Source of the DNA: Candidatus Atribacteria bacterium
GTDB taxonomy: Bacteria; Atribacterota; Phoenicimicrobiia; Phoenicimicrobiales; Stramentimicrobiaceae
Length of the DNA stretch: 59,753 nucleotides
Direction of reading: 5' to 3'
NCBI GenBank assembly: GCA_029556475.1
Contig: JAKQEP010000076.1
Coordinates: 1-59,753, forward strand
Within the stretch, counting starts at the first letter, position 1. Every line of letters begins with the position of its first letter. Below, piece by piece: positions 10,799-19,849 of the stretch. Below the pieces are notes generated by a model that was given only the letters and a program-made list of their open reading frames with translations, was not told the DNA's origin and made no database searches. Position numbers and translations under genes: made by a program.

Positions 10799-11653
10799 TT
10801 AATTAGTTATATATCGGGGTGATTTTATTTTTATGCTCCACAACATTTTTCTGGTAATCAAGCCCTCCGGTCTCAATAAGATGATGATTACCAGCAGCGC
10901 TCCGTAGATAACCAGACGCCAGGAAGCAATATTGCTGGGGAACATTAAAGGTATCCCCTGTAGAAAAAAAGCAGAGAGGATTACTCCCCACATAGTAGTA
11001 TATCCGCCAACAAATAATATACACATTAAATAACCAATCATACTAAAAGTAAAGAATTCTGGAGAAAGGCTTTTCACCAAAAAAGCATCCAGAATTCCTG
11101 CCATTCCGGCTATCGAGCATGATATTATTTGAAAAAACATTCCTAATTTTTTAATATCAACCCCCAGTGTAACGGCAACATCCCTGTCTATAAAAACAAC
11201 TGATGCAGCCCTTCCCCACCTGGAATGGTCAATCCTGAATACCAGTAATCCAACTAAAAACAATAAACTATAAATAATGGCAAGCATATTATTGGGGCCA
11301 GGGATATGGAAAAAGCCAATGGTACCTCCCAGAGTTCTCCAATTTTCAATAACTGTTTTAACAATAAAAACTGATGTTAGGCCAACAATAACAACTGTGA
11401 AACAGGGAGCATCCCCGATAGCCAAAGAAAATATAAAGGCAATTGTTGCACCAAATAATATCCCAATAATTAAAATCACGATAAATGGCCAACCCCACTC
11501 TCGCGCAGCAAAACCACCAAAATATGCTGTAATTGCCATACAAGCCACTATTAGAAAATTAAGCTGTCCTACTCTATATGGTAAATAAAGTGCCCATCCC
11601 ATTAGAACATAGATGCCGGCAAACCCTAAAAAGTAATAGGTAACCTCAGACAA
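10799..11653 (-). CDS. HAAT-family ABC permease (LivM-like)
   Basis: Multi-TM, GQLNF, SRWGRA, GGYTTMWG, RPEGL. TTG 11653 follows AAGGAGG (ORF track start 11671). Confidence 0.85.
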   Translation of the reverse strand: MSEVTYYFLGFAGIYVLMGWALYLPYRVGQLNFLIVACMAITAYFGGFAAREWGWPFIVILIIGILFGATIAFIFSLAIGDAPCFTVVIVGLTSVFIVKTVIENWRTLGGTIGFFHIPGPNNMLAIIYSLLFLVGLLVFRIDHSRWGRAASVVFIDRDVAVTLGVDIKKLGMFFQIISCSIAGMAGILDAFLVKSLSPEFFTFSMIGYLMCILFVGGYTTMWGVILSAFFLQGIPLMFPSNIASWRLVIYGALLVIIILLRPEGLITRKMLWSIKIKSPRYITN

Positions 11654-11690
11654 TATTAGCCTCCTTATCAATTGTTTATCTTAATATCTC

Positions 11691-12566
11691 TTATATTTTG
11701 ATACCAAATAATCCCCCGGGCTTCATCAAGACTACAATTAGCATTACCGCAAAAGCAATAACATTAGACCAGGAACCGGAAAAATAGCCTATAGCCATAG
11801 CTTCAATTATTCCTAATAGCAGGCCACATACCAATCCACCCTGTAAATTACCTAATCCCGCTACAATTGATACAGCTAGCATCTTTAAAGCAACAAATTC
11901 ACCTAACCAGGGAGATGCTGACCCAATGAGCATTGAAAATAGTATTGCTGAAAATCCCCCTAAAATTCCAACAATTAGATAACTAAAAATACTGGTCTTA
12001 ATAATGGGAATACCTACCAGGCAAGCAGCAAAACGGTTTTCAGCTATAGCCCTAAAAAATCTACCCTGATTAGTATGATACAGGAGGAAGAAAAATATCA
12101 GCACTGCAATAATTCCACCCAATAAGGCAAATAACTGCCCTTTTGATACAGTAATCAATCCATAACCAAAAATGTTTCCACCCACCCAGTCGGGAGAAAA
12201 AGCAACAGGAAAACCATAGTTAATAGAATGAGACATAATGTCCATCATAATCATAGCTATTCCCATAGAAGCGATAAACGAAGCATTAATATCTACACCC
12301 TCAATGCTGCTAATCTTCCTAAAAATAGGCTCACTTAATAAACTTAGAATTATTGAAACAGATACACCCGCCAGAATAATAATTAATTTATTTCCGGTTA
12401 ATTTTAAAACCCACCAACAGGTGTACATTGATACCACCACTATCTGGGGATATGCAAATTGTATAATTTTTGCTACCAAAAGCATTAAATTGAATCCGGT
12501 AACCAGTAATACATAAATACTGCCTAATGCCAATCCACTAATTAGCTGGGCTATAAATATTTCCAT
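11691..12566 (-). CDS. HAAT-family ABC permease (LivH-like)
   Basis: QLISGLALGSIY.L...G, T..GR..RAIAEN..AA.LVGI, GLGNL.G, KPGGLFG. Confidence 0.88.
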   Translation of the reverse strand: MEIFIAQLISGLALGSIYVLLVTGFNLMLLVAKIIQFAYPQIVVVSMYTCWWVLKLTGNKLIIILAGVSVSIILSLLSEPIFRKISSIEGVDINASFIASMGIAMIMMDIMSHSINYGFPVAFSPDWVGGNIFGYGLITVSKGQLFALLGGIIAVLIFFFLLYHTNQGRFFRAIAENRFAACLVGIPIIKTSIFSYLIVGILGGFSAILFSMLIGSASPWLGEFVALKMLAVSIVAGLGNLQGGLVCGLLLGIIEAMAIGYFSGSWSNVIAFAVMLIVVLMKPGGLFGIKI

Positions 12567-12614
12567 ATATTCCTCTCTTAGAAATTATACAAAACAATTT
12601 TATCAGTTTATTGA

Positions 12615-13334
12615 TTAATTTCCACCAAGATAAGCTTGTCTAATTTTAGGATCATCTATTAAATCGGTAGAAAATCCAGACATAGCAATCTCACCAGTTT
12701 TCATCACATAGCAGCGATGGCTCCCCTCTAAAGCTTTTTTAGCATTCTGTTCTGCTAAAAGAATAGCATACCCTTCCTTGTTTAACTCTGTAAGAATATT
12801 AAATATGTCAGTGACTATTTTAGGAGCTAAACCCAGGGAGGGCTCATCTACCAATATTAGTTTTGGTTTGGACATTAAAGCTCTACCCATAGATAACATT
12901 TGTTGTTCGCCACCACTTAAGGTCCCCGCTATTTGGCTACTTCGATCCTTTAAAACAGGAAAATAATCAAATATCCTTTTTAAATTTTCTTCAAAATCTG
13001 CAAGGTTCTGATAAGCTCCCAGTTGAAGATTTTCTAAAACGGACATTGATGAAAAAATAACATGCCCTTCTGGGATAAGACTTAAGCCAGAGCTAACTAT
13101 CTTATCCGTTGGTTTTCTGGTAATATCCTGTCCTAAAAAAAAGATACTACCTTTCTCTGCTTTATTTATACCCAATATTGATTTCAATAAAGAAGATTTC
13201 CCGGCACCATTTGCTCCAATCAGGGCTACAAATTCTCCATGATTTATTTCCAGGTTAACCTCTTTCACTGCTTTTATAGGACCATATGCGATTGAAAGGT
13301 TACAAATTTCTAAAATATTATTTATTTTCTCCAA
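12615..13334 (-). CDS. HAAT-family ABC ATPase (LivF-like)
   Basis: GANGAGKS, LSGGEQQML, DEPSLGLAP, AYLG end. Probable TTG start 13334 after GGAGG (ORF track extends to 13403). Confidence 0.92.
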   Translation of the reverse strand: MEKINNILEICNLSIAYGPIKAVKEVNLEINHGEFVALIGANGAGKSSLLKSILGINKAEKGSIFFLGQDITRKPTDKIVSSGLSLIPEGHVIFSSMSVLENLQLGAYQNLADFEENLKRIFDYFPVLKDRSSQIAGTLSGGEQQMLSMGRALMSKPKLILVDEPSLGLAPKIVTDIFNILTELNKEGYAILLAEQNAKKALEGSHRCYVMKTGEIAMSGFSTDLIDDPKIRQAYLGGN

Positions 13335-14091
13335 GATATGCCTCCAACACCCTGGGATCCTTTTGAATTTGTTCTGGACTACCTTCGCTAATTTTGTTTC
13401 CAAAATCTAATACTGTAATCCTATCTGAAATTTCAGGAATCAGGTTCATATCATGACTAACTACAATCACAGTGATTCCCATGTTTCTTATTCTTCTGAT
13501 AATATCCATAACCGCTTTAGACTCATCTATACCCATACCAGAGGTAGGCTCATCAAGCATTAACAAATCTGGACTGGATATTAAAGCACGGGCAATCTGT
13601 ACCAATTGCCGTTCGACCCAGACTAGTTCACTGGTCCATCTTTCAGCAAAATCTGATATTCCAATAAATTTTAACATTTCCAAAGCACTGGTTTTAATAT
13701 CTTTCTCTTGATTTTTAAATTGTGATGGTTGAAAAAAGAAGGATTTTACAGGATTGGGACTGATATGATACTTTCCAGACATTACATTATCCAGAACTGT
13801 TAGATTGGGTACCAGTTTCCCTGCCTGAAAAGTTCTGCTTATACCCATCCTAGTGATTTCTTCAGCAGGAAGATTGGTTATTTCCTTCGATTTAAAATAT
13901 ATATTTCCATCAGTAGGTGGATATAATCCTGAAACAACATTAAAAAAAGTAGACTTTCCTGCACCATTCGGGCCAATTAAACCATGAATTTTATTCTTCT
14001 GAATTTCAATATCAATATTCTTAAGTGCCTGTAATCCGCCAAAAGATTTGCATAAATTTTTTACTTCTAATATTGCCATTTCCTCTTCCAT
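13318..14091 (-). CDS. HAAT-family ABC ATPase (LivG-like)
   Basis: FGGLQAL, GPNGAGKST, SRTFQ, LDEPTSG, DPRVLEAYLG. Confidence 0.92.
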   Translation of the reverse strand: MEEEMAILEVKNLCKSFGGLQALKNIDIEIQKNKIHGLIGPNGAGKSTFFNVVSGLYPPTDGNIYFKSKEITNLPAEEITRMGISRTFQAGKLVPNLTVLDNVMSGKYHISPNPVKSFFFQPSQFKNQEKDIKTSALEMLKFIGISDFAERWTSELVWVERQLVQIARALISSPDLLMLDEPTSGMGIDESKAVMDIIRRIRNMGITVIVVSHDMNLIPEISDRITVLDFGNKISEGSPEQIQKDPRVLEAYLGENK

Positions 14092-14125
14092 CAGGGAAAC
14101 TCTCCTCTAAACTAAACTGTTTCAT

Positions 14126-14154
14126 ATGATAGTAAAAATCAAATTAGTTGTCAA
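14126..14154 (-). promoter_or_regulatory. Sigma70-type promoter of the ABC-M20-P1-panE-panB unit
   Basis: TTGACA (14154-14149) -17 nt- TATCAT (14131-14126), 35 nt upstream of the livG-like start. Confidence 0.75.
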
Positions 14155-14274
14155 AAATTACTTTAATTTGAAATTAGCTATAATATTTTAGAATAGCTGT
14201 AGTTAAAAAATTATCTTTCAGAAAAAATGTAAAGAAACAATATATACAGTCCGTCTACTTCCTCCCAAGAAATT

Positions 14275-14306
14275 TATGTGCTGACTTTTTAATAAGTCAG
14301 CACATA
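14275..14306 (-). terminator. Hairpin ending the vor operon
   Basis: 13-bp perfect stem TATGTGCTGACTT/AAGTCAGCACATA, 6-nt loop, weak U tail (AATTTCTT). Confidence 0.6.
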
Positions 14307-14363
14307 CACATAAATAGGAAGTTTAAGGTAAAAGACAGTTAAATTTTTAAAATATATTTAATC

Positions 14364-14903
14364 TTACCCGATAATAATTTTTTCTCCTCTTTTAAGTGCT
14401 TCTTTGTTTAGTTCAATGATTTTTTCTGAACCTTTACCAAGTGTCTGTTCTAAAGCTTCAAAGACTGTTTGCATCTTCACACTTTTACTTTTGGCAATAT
14501 AGCTACCCAATGCTACCATATTGGCAACCCTTAAATTACCCAGTTCGTTGGCAATGTCGTTAGCTGGAACTTTCACCACCTCTACATCATCTCGGTAAAT
14601 ATTACGAGAAATGAGTGATTGATTAACTATAATCGTACCACCTTTTTCTACTAAAGGTTCAAATTTATCTAAAGATGGTAAATTCATAGCAATTAAAGAA
14701 AGGGGATTAGGGACTACCGGAGAGGCAACTTCTTCTGAAGAAATAATCACAGTACAATTTGCCGTTCCTCCTCGCATTTCAGGACCATAGGAAGGCATCC
14801 ATGCTACATGTTTTCCCTCTAACATGCCAGCATGGGCAATCAATCTTCCCATTAAAAGAATTCCCTGACCACCAAATCCGGCAATAATTATTTCATCTAA
14901 CAT
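14364..14903 (-). CDS. 2-oxoacid:ferredoxin oxidoreductase gamma subunit (VOR-type)
   Basis: [24 protein letters not shown]. Confidence 0.92.
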   Translation of the reverse strand: MLDEIIIAGFGGQGILLMGRLIAHAGMLEGKHVAWMPSYGPEMRGGTANCTVIISSEEVASPVVPNPLSLIAMNLPSLDKFEPLVEKGGTIIVNQSLISRNIYRDDVEVVKVPANDIANELGNLRVANMVALGSYIAKSKSVKMQTVFEALEQTLGKGSEKIIELNKEALKRGEKIIIG

Positions 14904-15668
14904 TTAAGATACCTCCTCCACATTTTTAAATTCACCTAAGGGGTAGTATGGTATCATCTTTTCATTTAGCCATTCATTGGCTTCTTTGGGGCTTAATCCC
15001 CAGCTGGTAGGACAGGTAGAAAGAACTTCTACCAGAGCAAATCCTTTACCATCAAGCTGATATTGAAAAGCTTTTTTAATAGCCTTCTTGGCTTTTACAA
15101 TATAAGCTGGTTTTGTCAGGGCAACCCTGGCAATATAGGCAGGGCTATTTAAGGTAGAAAGTAACTCACAAATCCGGATTGGCATTCCCATAGTTTTTGA
15201 ATCCCGTCCATAAGGTGAAGTTTGGGTTATCTGGCCTTCCAGTGTTGTTGGAGCCATCTGGCCGCCAGTCATACCATAAATGGCATTATTAACGAAAATG
15301 ACTGTTATTTTTTCACCTCTATTAGCAGCATGAACTATTTCGGCAGTTCCTATAGAGGCAAGGTCGCCATCTCCTTGATAAGTGAAGACTATATTATCTG
15401 GCTTTACCCTCTTTATACCAGTAGCTATAGCTGGTGCCCTTCCGTGAGCAGCAACTATCATATCACATTCAAAAAAGAGGTAAGCAAATACAGCACAACC
15501 TACCGGAGCAATACCAATAGTATCTTCAGCTATATTTAAATCATCCATTGCCTCAGCAACTAATCGGTGAATAATACCATGGTGGCAACCGGGGCAATAA
15601 GTAAAAGGTACATCTGTTAAAGATTTAGGTTTGGTAAATACTTGTTTCATCAATTTTTTTACCCCCAT
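14904..15668 (-). CDS. 2-oxoacid:ferredoxin oxidoreductase beta (TPP-binding) subunit, VOR-type
   Basis: [44 protein letters not shown]; true start may be the ATG of MKQVF. Confidence 0.92.
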   Translation of the reverse strand: MGVKKLMKQVFTKPKSLTDVPFTYCPGCHHGIIHRLVAEAMDDLNIAEDTIGIAPVGCAVFAYLFFECDMIVAAHGRAPAIATGIKRVKPDNIVFTYQGDGDLASIGTAEIVHAANRGEKITVIFVNNAIYGMTGGQMAPTTLEGQITQTSPYGRDSKTMGMPIRICELLSTLNSPAYIARVALTKPAYIVKAKKAIKKAFQYQLDGKGFALVEVLSTCPTSWGLSPKEANEWLNEKMIPYYPLGEFKNVEEVS

Positions 15669-15719
15669 ATTTTTTCATAAACAATGTTTTTATAATTATC
15701 TGATGTTATTCTATACTAA

Positions 15720-16775
15720 CTAATCTAATAATTTTTTTACTTCTTGCAGAATTTCTATTGGAGAAATAACTACCCCGCCGGTTCTGCCATAGAAACTAAC
15801 TTGTGACTTGCCTTTAACTGCCAATTTAACATCTTCAACCATCTGTCCCAGACTCATCTCAGTTACCAAAAACTTGTCTACTTTATTGGCAACTTCTTCA
15901 ATTGCAGCATACGGAAAAGGATAAAGAGTAATGGGTCTAACTAATCCAATATTTATTCCTTCTTGTTTCGCTTTTTGAATAGTAGTCTTTACAATTCTAG
16001 CTATACTACCGTACGCAACTATGACTATGTCCGGGTTATCAATATTTACCACTTCATATTCTACTTCTTTTTGCATGTCCTGATATTTCTGGCCGAGTTT
16101 ATTTACTATTTTCTCTAACTCATTGGGGTCCAGGTCAAAGGGCACTATTCTTCTTGGTTTTCTTCCATGACTGGAACCTAGAGCCCAATCTTCTTTTGAA
16201 GGGATATTCTTTTCATCAAATTCTTTAAATTGAACTGGTTCCATCATCTGACCCAATAATCCATCTCCTAAAATCATAGCTGGATTACGATATTTATCTG
16301 CCAGACTAAAAGCCCTAATAGTTAGGTCAACCAGCTCCTGCACTGAAGATGGAGCAAAAACAATGAGATGGTAATCACCATGTCCACCCCCTTTAGTAGC
16401 CTGAAAATAATCTCCCTGGGCTGGTTGAATAGACCCTAAACCAGGCCCTCCTCTCATTATATTGACTATTACACATGGTAATTCAGCACAGGCAAGATAA
16501 GAAATCCCTTCCTGTTTTAAACTAATTCCCGGACTGGATGAAGAAGTCATTACTCTGCCACCAGCTGCCGAAGCCCCATAAACCATGTTAATCGCAGCAA
16601 TCTCGCTTTCGGCTTGAATAAAAGTAGCGCCTTTTATTTTTAACAAGCGTTTAGCCATGTAAGCAATCAATTCGCTCTGCGGTGTTATGGGGTACCCAAA
16701 ATAATAACGGCATCCTGCATGGATAGCAGCCTCTCCAATTGCCTCATTCCCTTTCATTAATAATCTTTCTTCCAT
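15720..16775 (-). CDS. vorB: 2-oxoisovalerate (branched-chain 2-oxoacid):ferredoxin oxidoreductase alpha subunit
   Basis: MKGNEA, GYPITPQSE, QAESE, TSSSSPGISLKQE, RGGPGLG.IQP.Q.DY.QATKGGGHGDY typical of the VorB group; ptb/buk context. Confidence 0.85.
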   Translation of the reverse strand: MEERLLMKGNEAIGEAAIHAGCRYYFGYPITPQSELIAYMAKRLLKIKGATFIQAESEIAAINMVYGASAAGGRVMTSSSSPGISLKQEGISYLACAELPCVIVNIMRGGPGLGSIQPAQGDYFQATKGGGHGDYHLIVFAPSSVQELVDLTIRAFSLADKYRNPAMILGDGLLGQMMEPVQFKEFDEKNIPSKEDWALGSSHGRKPRRIVPFDLDPNELEKIVNKLGQKYQDMQKEVEYEVVNIDNPDIVIVAYGSIARIVKTTIQKAKQEGINIGLVRPITLYPFPYAAIEEVANKVDKFLVTEMSLGQMVEDVKLAVKGKSQVSFYGRTGGVVISPIEILQEVKKLLD

Positions 16776-16822
16776 TAATAATCAATCCTCCTTAAAAATT
16801 TAGATAGAAGTTTTTGCTCTTC

Positions 16823-17026
16823 TTATTTGTACACTTCTATAGCAACATCTGGACAGGTCATAGCACAAAAAGCACATCCGGTGCATTTTTCCGGGTTCAT
16901 CAACTCAGCAGGATGATAACTTTTTTTGTTAAATGATTTTGACATCACTATTATCTTTTGAGGACATATCAGTGTACATAACTCACAACCTTTACACCTC
17001 TCGCGGTCTATAATTATTTTTGCCAT
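16823..17026 (-). CDS. 2[4Fe-4S] ferredoxin-like delta subunit
   Basis: CKGCELC...CP and CTGCAFC...CP. Confidence 0.92.
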   Translation of the reverse strand: MAKIIIDRERCKGCELCTLICPQKIIVMSKSFNKKSYHPAELMNPEKCTGCAFCAMTCPDVAIEVYK

Positions 17027-17086
17027 ACAAAACCCTCCTTATCTATTTTTCGCATCTTACACTAACATTCATTACTTATTAATTTC

Positions 17087-17758
17087 TTATCCATCCCACG
17101 GTAAACTCATATATCGATGAATTGTCATTATTTTTTCTGAAAAATTATACCTTCCTATCTTCTGGTAAATAGATTCTTCAATTGTCAGATACTTTATTGG
17201 TAACCCAAGCTCTTTAGAGGCTTCCTTTACAATATTATGTCCTTTTATAATTGATTCAAGGTCTGTTTGTCCTCCTAAATTAGGATTACTGATCAAACTG
17301 TTAATCTTTAAGCGCGAGGATAGCTCCAACTCTCTGAGCATCTCAAATATCTGCTCGCTATTCTGGGTAAAAGGACGATATGGGTTAATGACCATTTCCA
17401 TCTGATATCCGACATCTTTTAATACCGGATAAAAACTAGCAATTGATTTGGCGCCAATATCATCTCCACCTAAATCAATAATTAGTCTTCGATTAGAATC
17501 TTCAAGCATCCCCTTAATTTCTGGAGCAATTAAAGGCAAATCAGCCATGGCAAATTTACCCGGAGGAGTAATTACTGTGATACCAATCCTTTTTAATTTT
17601 TCTTTCATATCTCTAGAACGAAAATAGGGATTAACAATATCTAAATCAACAATAACTACCTTTTCTTTTTTCTTTAAAGCTTCTATTGACTGATTGATAG
17701 CTATTTCAGTCTTTCCACTGCCAAAACTGCCTGTGTAAATAATTATTTCATCTTTCAA
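17087..17758 (-). CDS. Uncharacterised MinD/CobQ-like P-loop NTPase in the vor operon
   Basis: GSFGSGKTE, DLDIVNPYFRS, IDLGGDDIGA. TTG 17758 overlaps the buk TGA (TTGA); ORF track starts at 17809. Confidence 0.8.
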   Translation of the reverse strand: MKDEIIIYTGSFGSGKTEIAINQSIEALKKKEKVVIVDLDIVNPYFRSRDMKEKLKRIGITVITPPGKFAMADLPLIAPEIKGMLEDSNRRLIIDLGGDDIGAKSIASFYPVLKDVGYQMEMVINPYRPFTQNSEQIFEMLRELELSSRLKINSLISNPNLGGQTDLESIIKGHNIVKEASKELGLPIKYLTIEESIYQKIGRYNFSEKIMTIHRYMSLPWDG

Positions 17759-18828
17759 TAGATTCTTTCCTCCTCTTCTCCTCTTAAAACCCTTAAAGCA
17801 CCCTGACACAGTGAAAGCATTTCTTCTTCACCGGGATAAACCATAACTAAGGAAATAAAACTTACCCTATCTTTTATCATTTCAACAACCTGTAAGGAAT
17901 GTGATATACCTCCAGTTAGAACAATGGCATCAACATTACCTTTCAGTACTGTAGCTCCTTCTCCAATCTGCTTTGAAATCTGGTAGGCCATTGCCTCCAA
18001 AACTAGTTTTGATTTCTGGTCTCCTTTCATTACCTTTTCTATAACCATTTTTACATCATTAGTATTTAAATAGGCGATCAGCCCGCCTTTTCCTTTTATC
18101 ATAGACTTAATCTCACTCTGAGAGTACTTGCCGGAAAAACATAATTGCACCAGATCCCCCACCGGTACTGTTCCACTTCTTTCTGGAGAAAAAGGCCCTT
18201 CGCCATCTAAAGCATTATTAACATCGATCACCCTCCCTCTTTGATGTACTCCTACAGAAATTCCTCCACCCATATGTACAACTATGAGATTAACATCATT
18301 GTAATTTTTCCCTAAATCATAAGCCGCTTTTCGTGCTACAGCTTTTTGATTTAAGGCATGAAAGATGCTCTTTCTGGGAAGAAGAGGCATACCAGATATC
18401 CGTGCAATCTCGTTCATTTCATCTACAACTACCGGATCAACAATATATGCAGAAATTTTATTATGCCTGGATATTTGATAAGCTAATATTGCACCGAGAT
18501 TGGAAGCATGCTCTCCAAATAAACTTTGTTGGAGGTGGTTTATCATTCTTTGGTTAACCCGATAAGTTCCACTAACCAAAGGCTCTAATAATCCACCTCT
18601 GCCCACGACAGCATCAATGGTATTAAGATTAATTGATCTACTTTTTAAAAATTCTAAAATTACTTTTTCTCTGAATTCATATTGTTCAATAATACTATTG
18701 AACATCTTCAGTGAATCGCTGGAATGGGCTATTGTTTCAGTAAATAACATGGTATCATCTTTAAATAACGACAATTTTGTAGTTGTTGAACCCGGATTAA
18801 TCACCAGGATATGATAATTTTTTTCCAA
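17755..18828 (-). CDS. buk: Butyrate/branched-chain carboxylate kinase
   Basis: INPGSTTTK, VGRGG, HASNLG, DPVVVDE, HALNQKA, HMGGGIS, GPFSPERSG, LTGGI, PGEEEM. TTG 18828 after AAGGTGA (ORF track 18873). Confidence 0.95.
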   Translation of the reverse strand: MEKNYHILVINPGSTTTKLSLFKDDTMLFTETIAHSSDSLKMFNSIIEQYEFREKVILEFLKSRSINLNTIDAVVGRGGLLEPLVSGTYRVNQRMINHLQQSLFGEHASNLGAILAYQISRHNKISAYIVDPVVVDEMNEIARISGMPLLPRKSIFHALNQKAVARKAAYDLGKNYNDVNLIVVHMGGGISVGVHQRGRVIDVNNALDGEGPFSPERSGTVPVGDLVQLCFSGKYSQSEIKSMIKGKGGLIAYLNTNDVKMVIEKVMKGDQKSKLVLEAMAYQISKQIGEGATVLKGNVDAIVLTGGISHSLQVVEMIKDRVSFISLVMVYPGEEEMLSLCQGALRVLRGEEEERIY

Positions 18829-18853
18829 GAAAATCACCTTATATATATTATAT

Positions 18854-19765
18854 TTATTTATTTTGATGAACACTCATTAAAATAGCTAGCGCAATGGAAC
18901 GTACTTTAGAAACAGGGCAATCAGAACGAGAGACAATAATAACAGGCGCAGTTGTGCCTAATAATACTCCTGCCGGTTCAGCTTCTGCCAAATAGACCAG
19001 ACCTTTGGCAAATATATTACCAGTTTCAATTTCTGGCACTACTACTGCATCTACTTCACCACTTACCGGCGAATTAATACCTTTGTGCAATGCCGCCTCT
19101 TTAGAAATCGCATTATCAAAAGCTAATGGTCCATCTACTATTCCACCCATAATCTGTCCCCTATCGGCCATTTTAGACAAGCAGGCAGCATCAATACAGG
19201 CGGGCATATCAGGATTTACTACTTCTACTGCAGCCAATATGGCAATTTTTGGTTTCTCAATCTCTAAACAATGACAAAAATTGATAATATTTTGCACAAT
19301 TTGAACTTTTTGTTCCAGATTGGGAGCAATATTCATAGCACCATCAGTAACTGTGAGTAATTTGTCATAATGTTTCAACTTTAAAACATAGGCATGGCTT
19401 AACAATCGTTGTGTCCTTAGGCCAATCTCCTTGTCCAAAACAGCCTTTAATATGCGATCAGTACCTAACATACCTTTCATTAACAATTCTGCCTTCTTTT
19501 CTCTTACCAACTTAACTGCTATTCTCGCTGCTTCATTCTTATCCCCTTCATCGATAATTTCGTAATTCTTAGGGTTAATATTTAATTTTTTACAAACCTG
19601 TATAGTCTCCTCTTCATCACCAACTAAAATTCCGTTTACTAGCCCAATTACTCTTGCCTGTTCCACCGCATCCATTACATCTTCAGCTTGGGAAACTGCC
19701 ACTGAAATTTTTTTAGGACCGAAATGAACCGCCTTTTCTATTACTTCCTCAAAAGACTTTAACAT
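18854..19765 (-). CDS. ptb: Phosphate butyryltransferase
   Basis: LMKG, LLSH, TDGAMN, AAVEVVNP.MP, DGPLAFDNA, GN.FAK, SRSD; lies between two buk genes. Confidence 0.93.
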   Translation of the reverse strand: MLKSFEEVIEKAVHFGPKKISVAVSQAEDVMDAVEQARVIGLVNGILVGDEEETIQVCKKLNINPKNYEIIDEGDKNEAARIAVKLVREKKAELLMKGMLGTDRILKAVLDKEIGLRTQRLLSHAYVLKLKHYDKLLTVTDGAMNIAPNLEQKVQIVQNIINFCHCLEIEKPKIAILAAVEVVNPDMPACIDAACLSKMADRGQIMGGIVDGPLAFDNAISKEAALHKGINSPVSGEVDAVVVPEIETGNIFAKGLVYLAEAEPAGVLLGTTAPVIIVSRSDCPVSKVRSIALAILMSVHQNK

Positions 19766-19849
19766 TTTTAATTACCTCATTTTTAAAAAGATTAAGAAAA
19801 AACAGAAAAATTAATCATAATCAAAAATATGATAAATATTTTCTTATTT

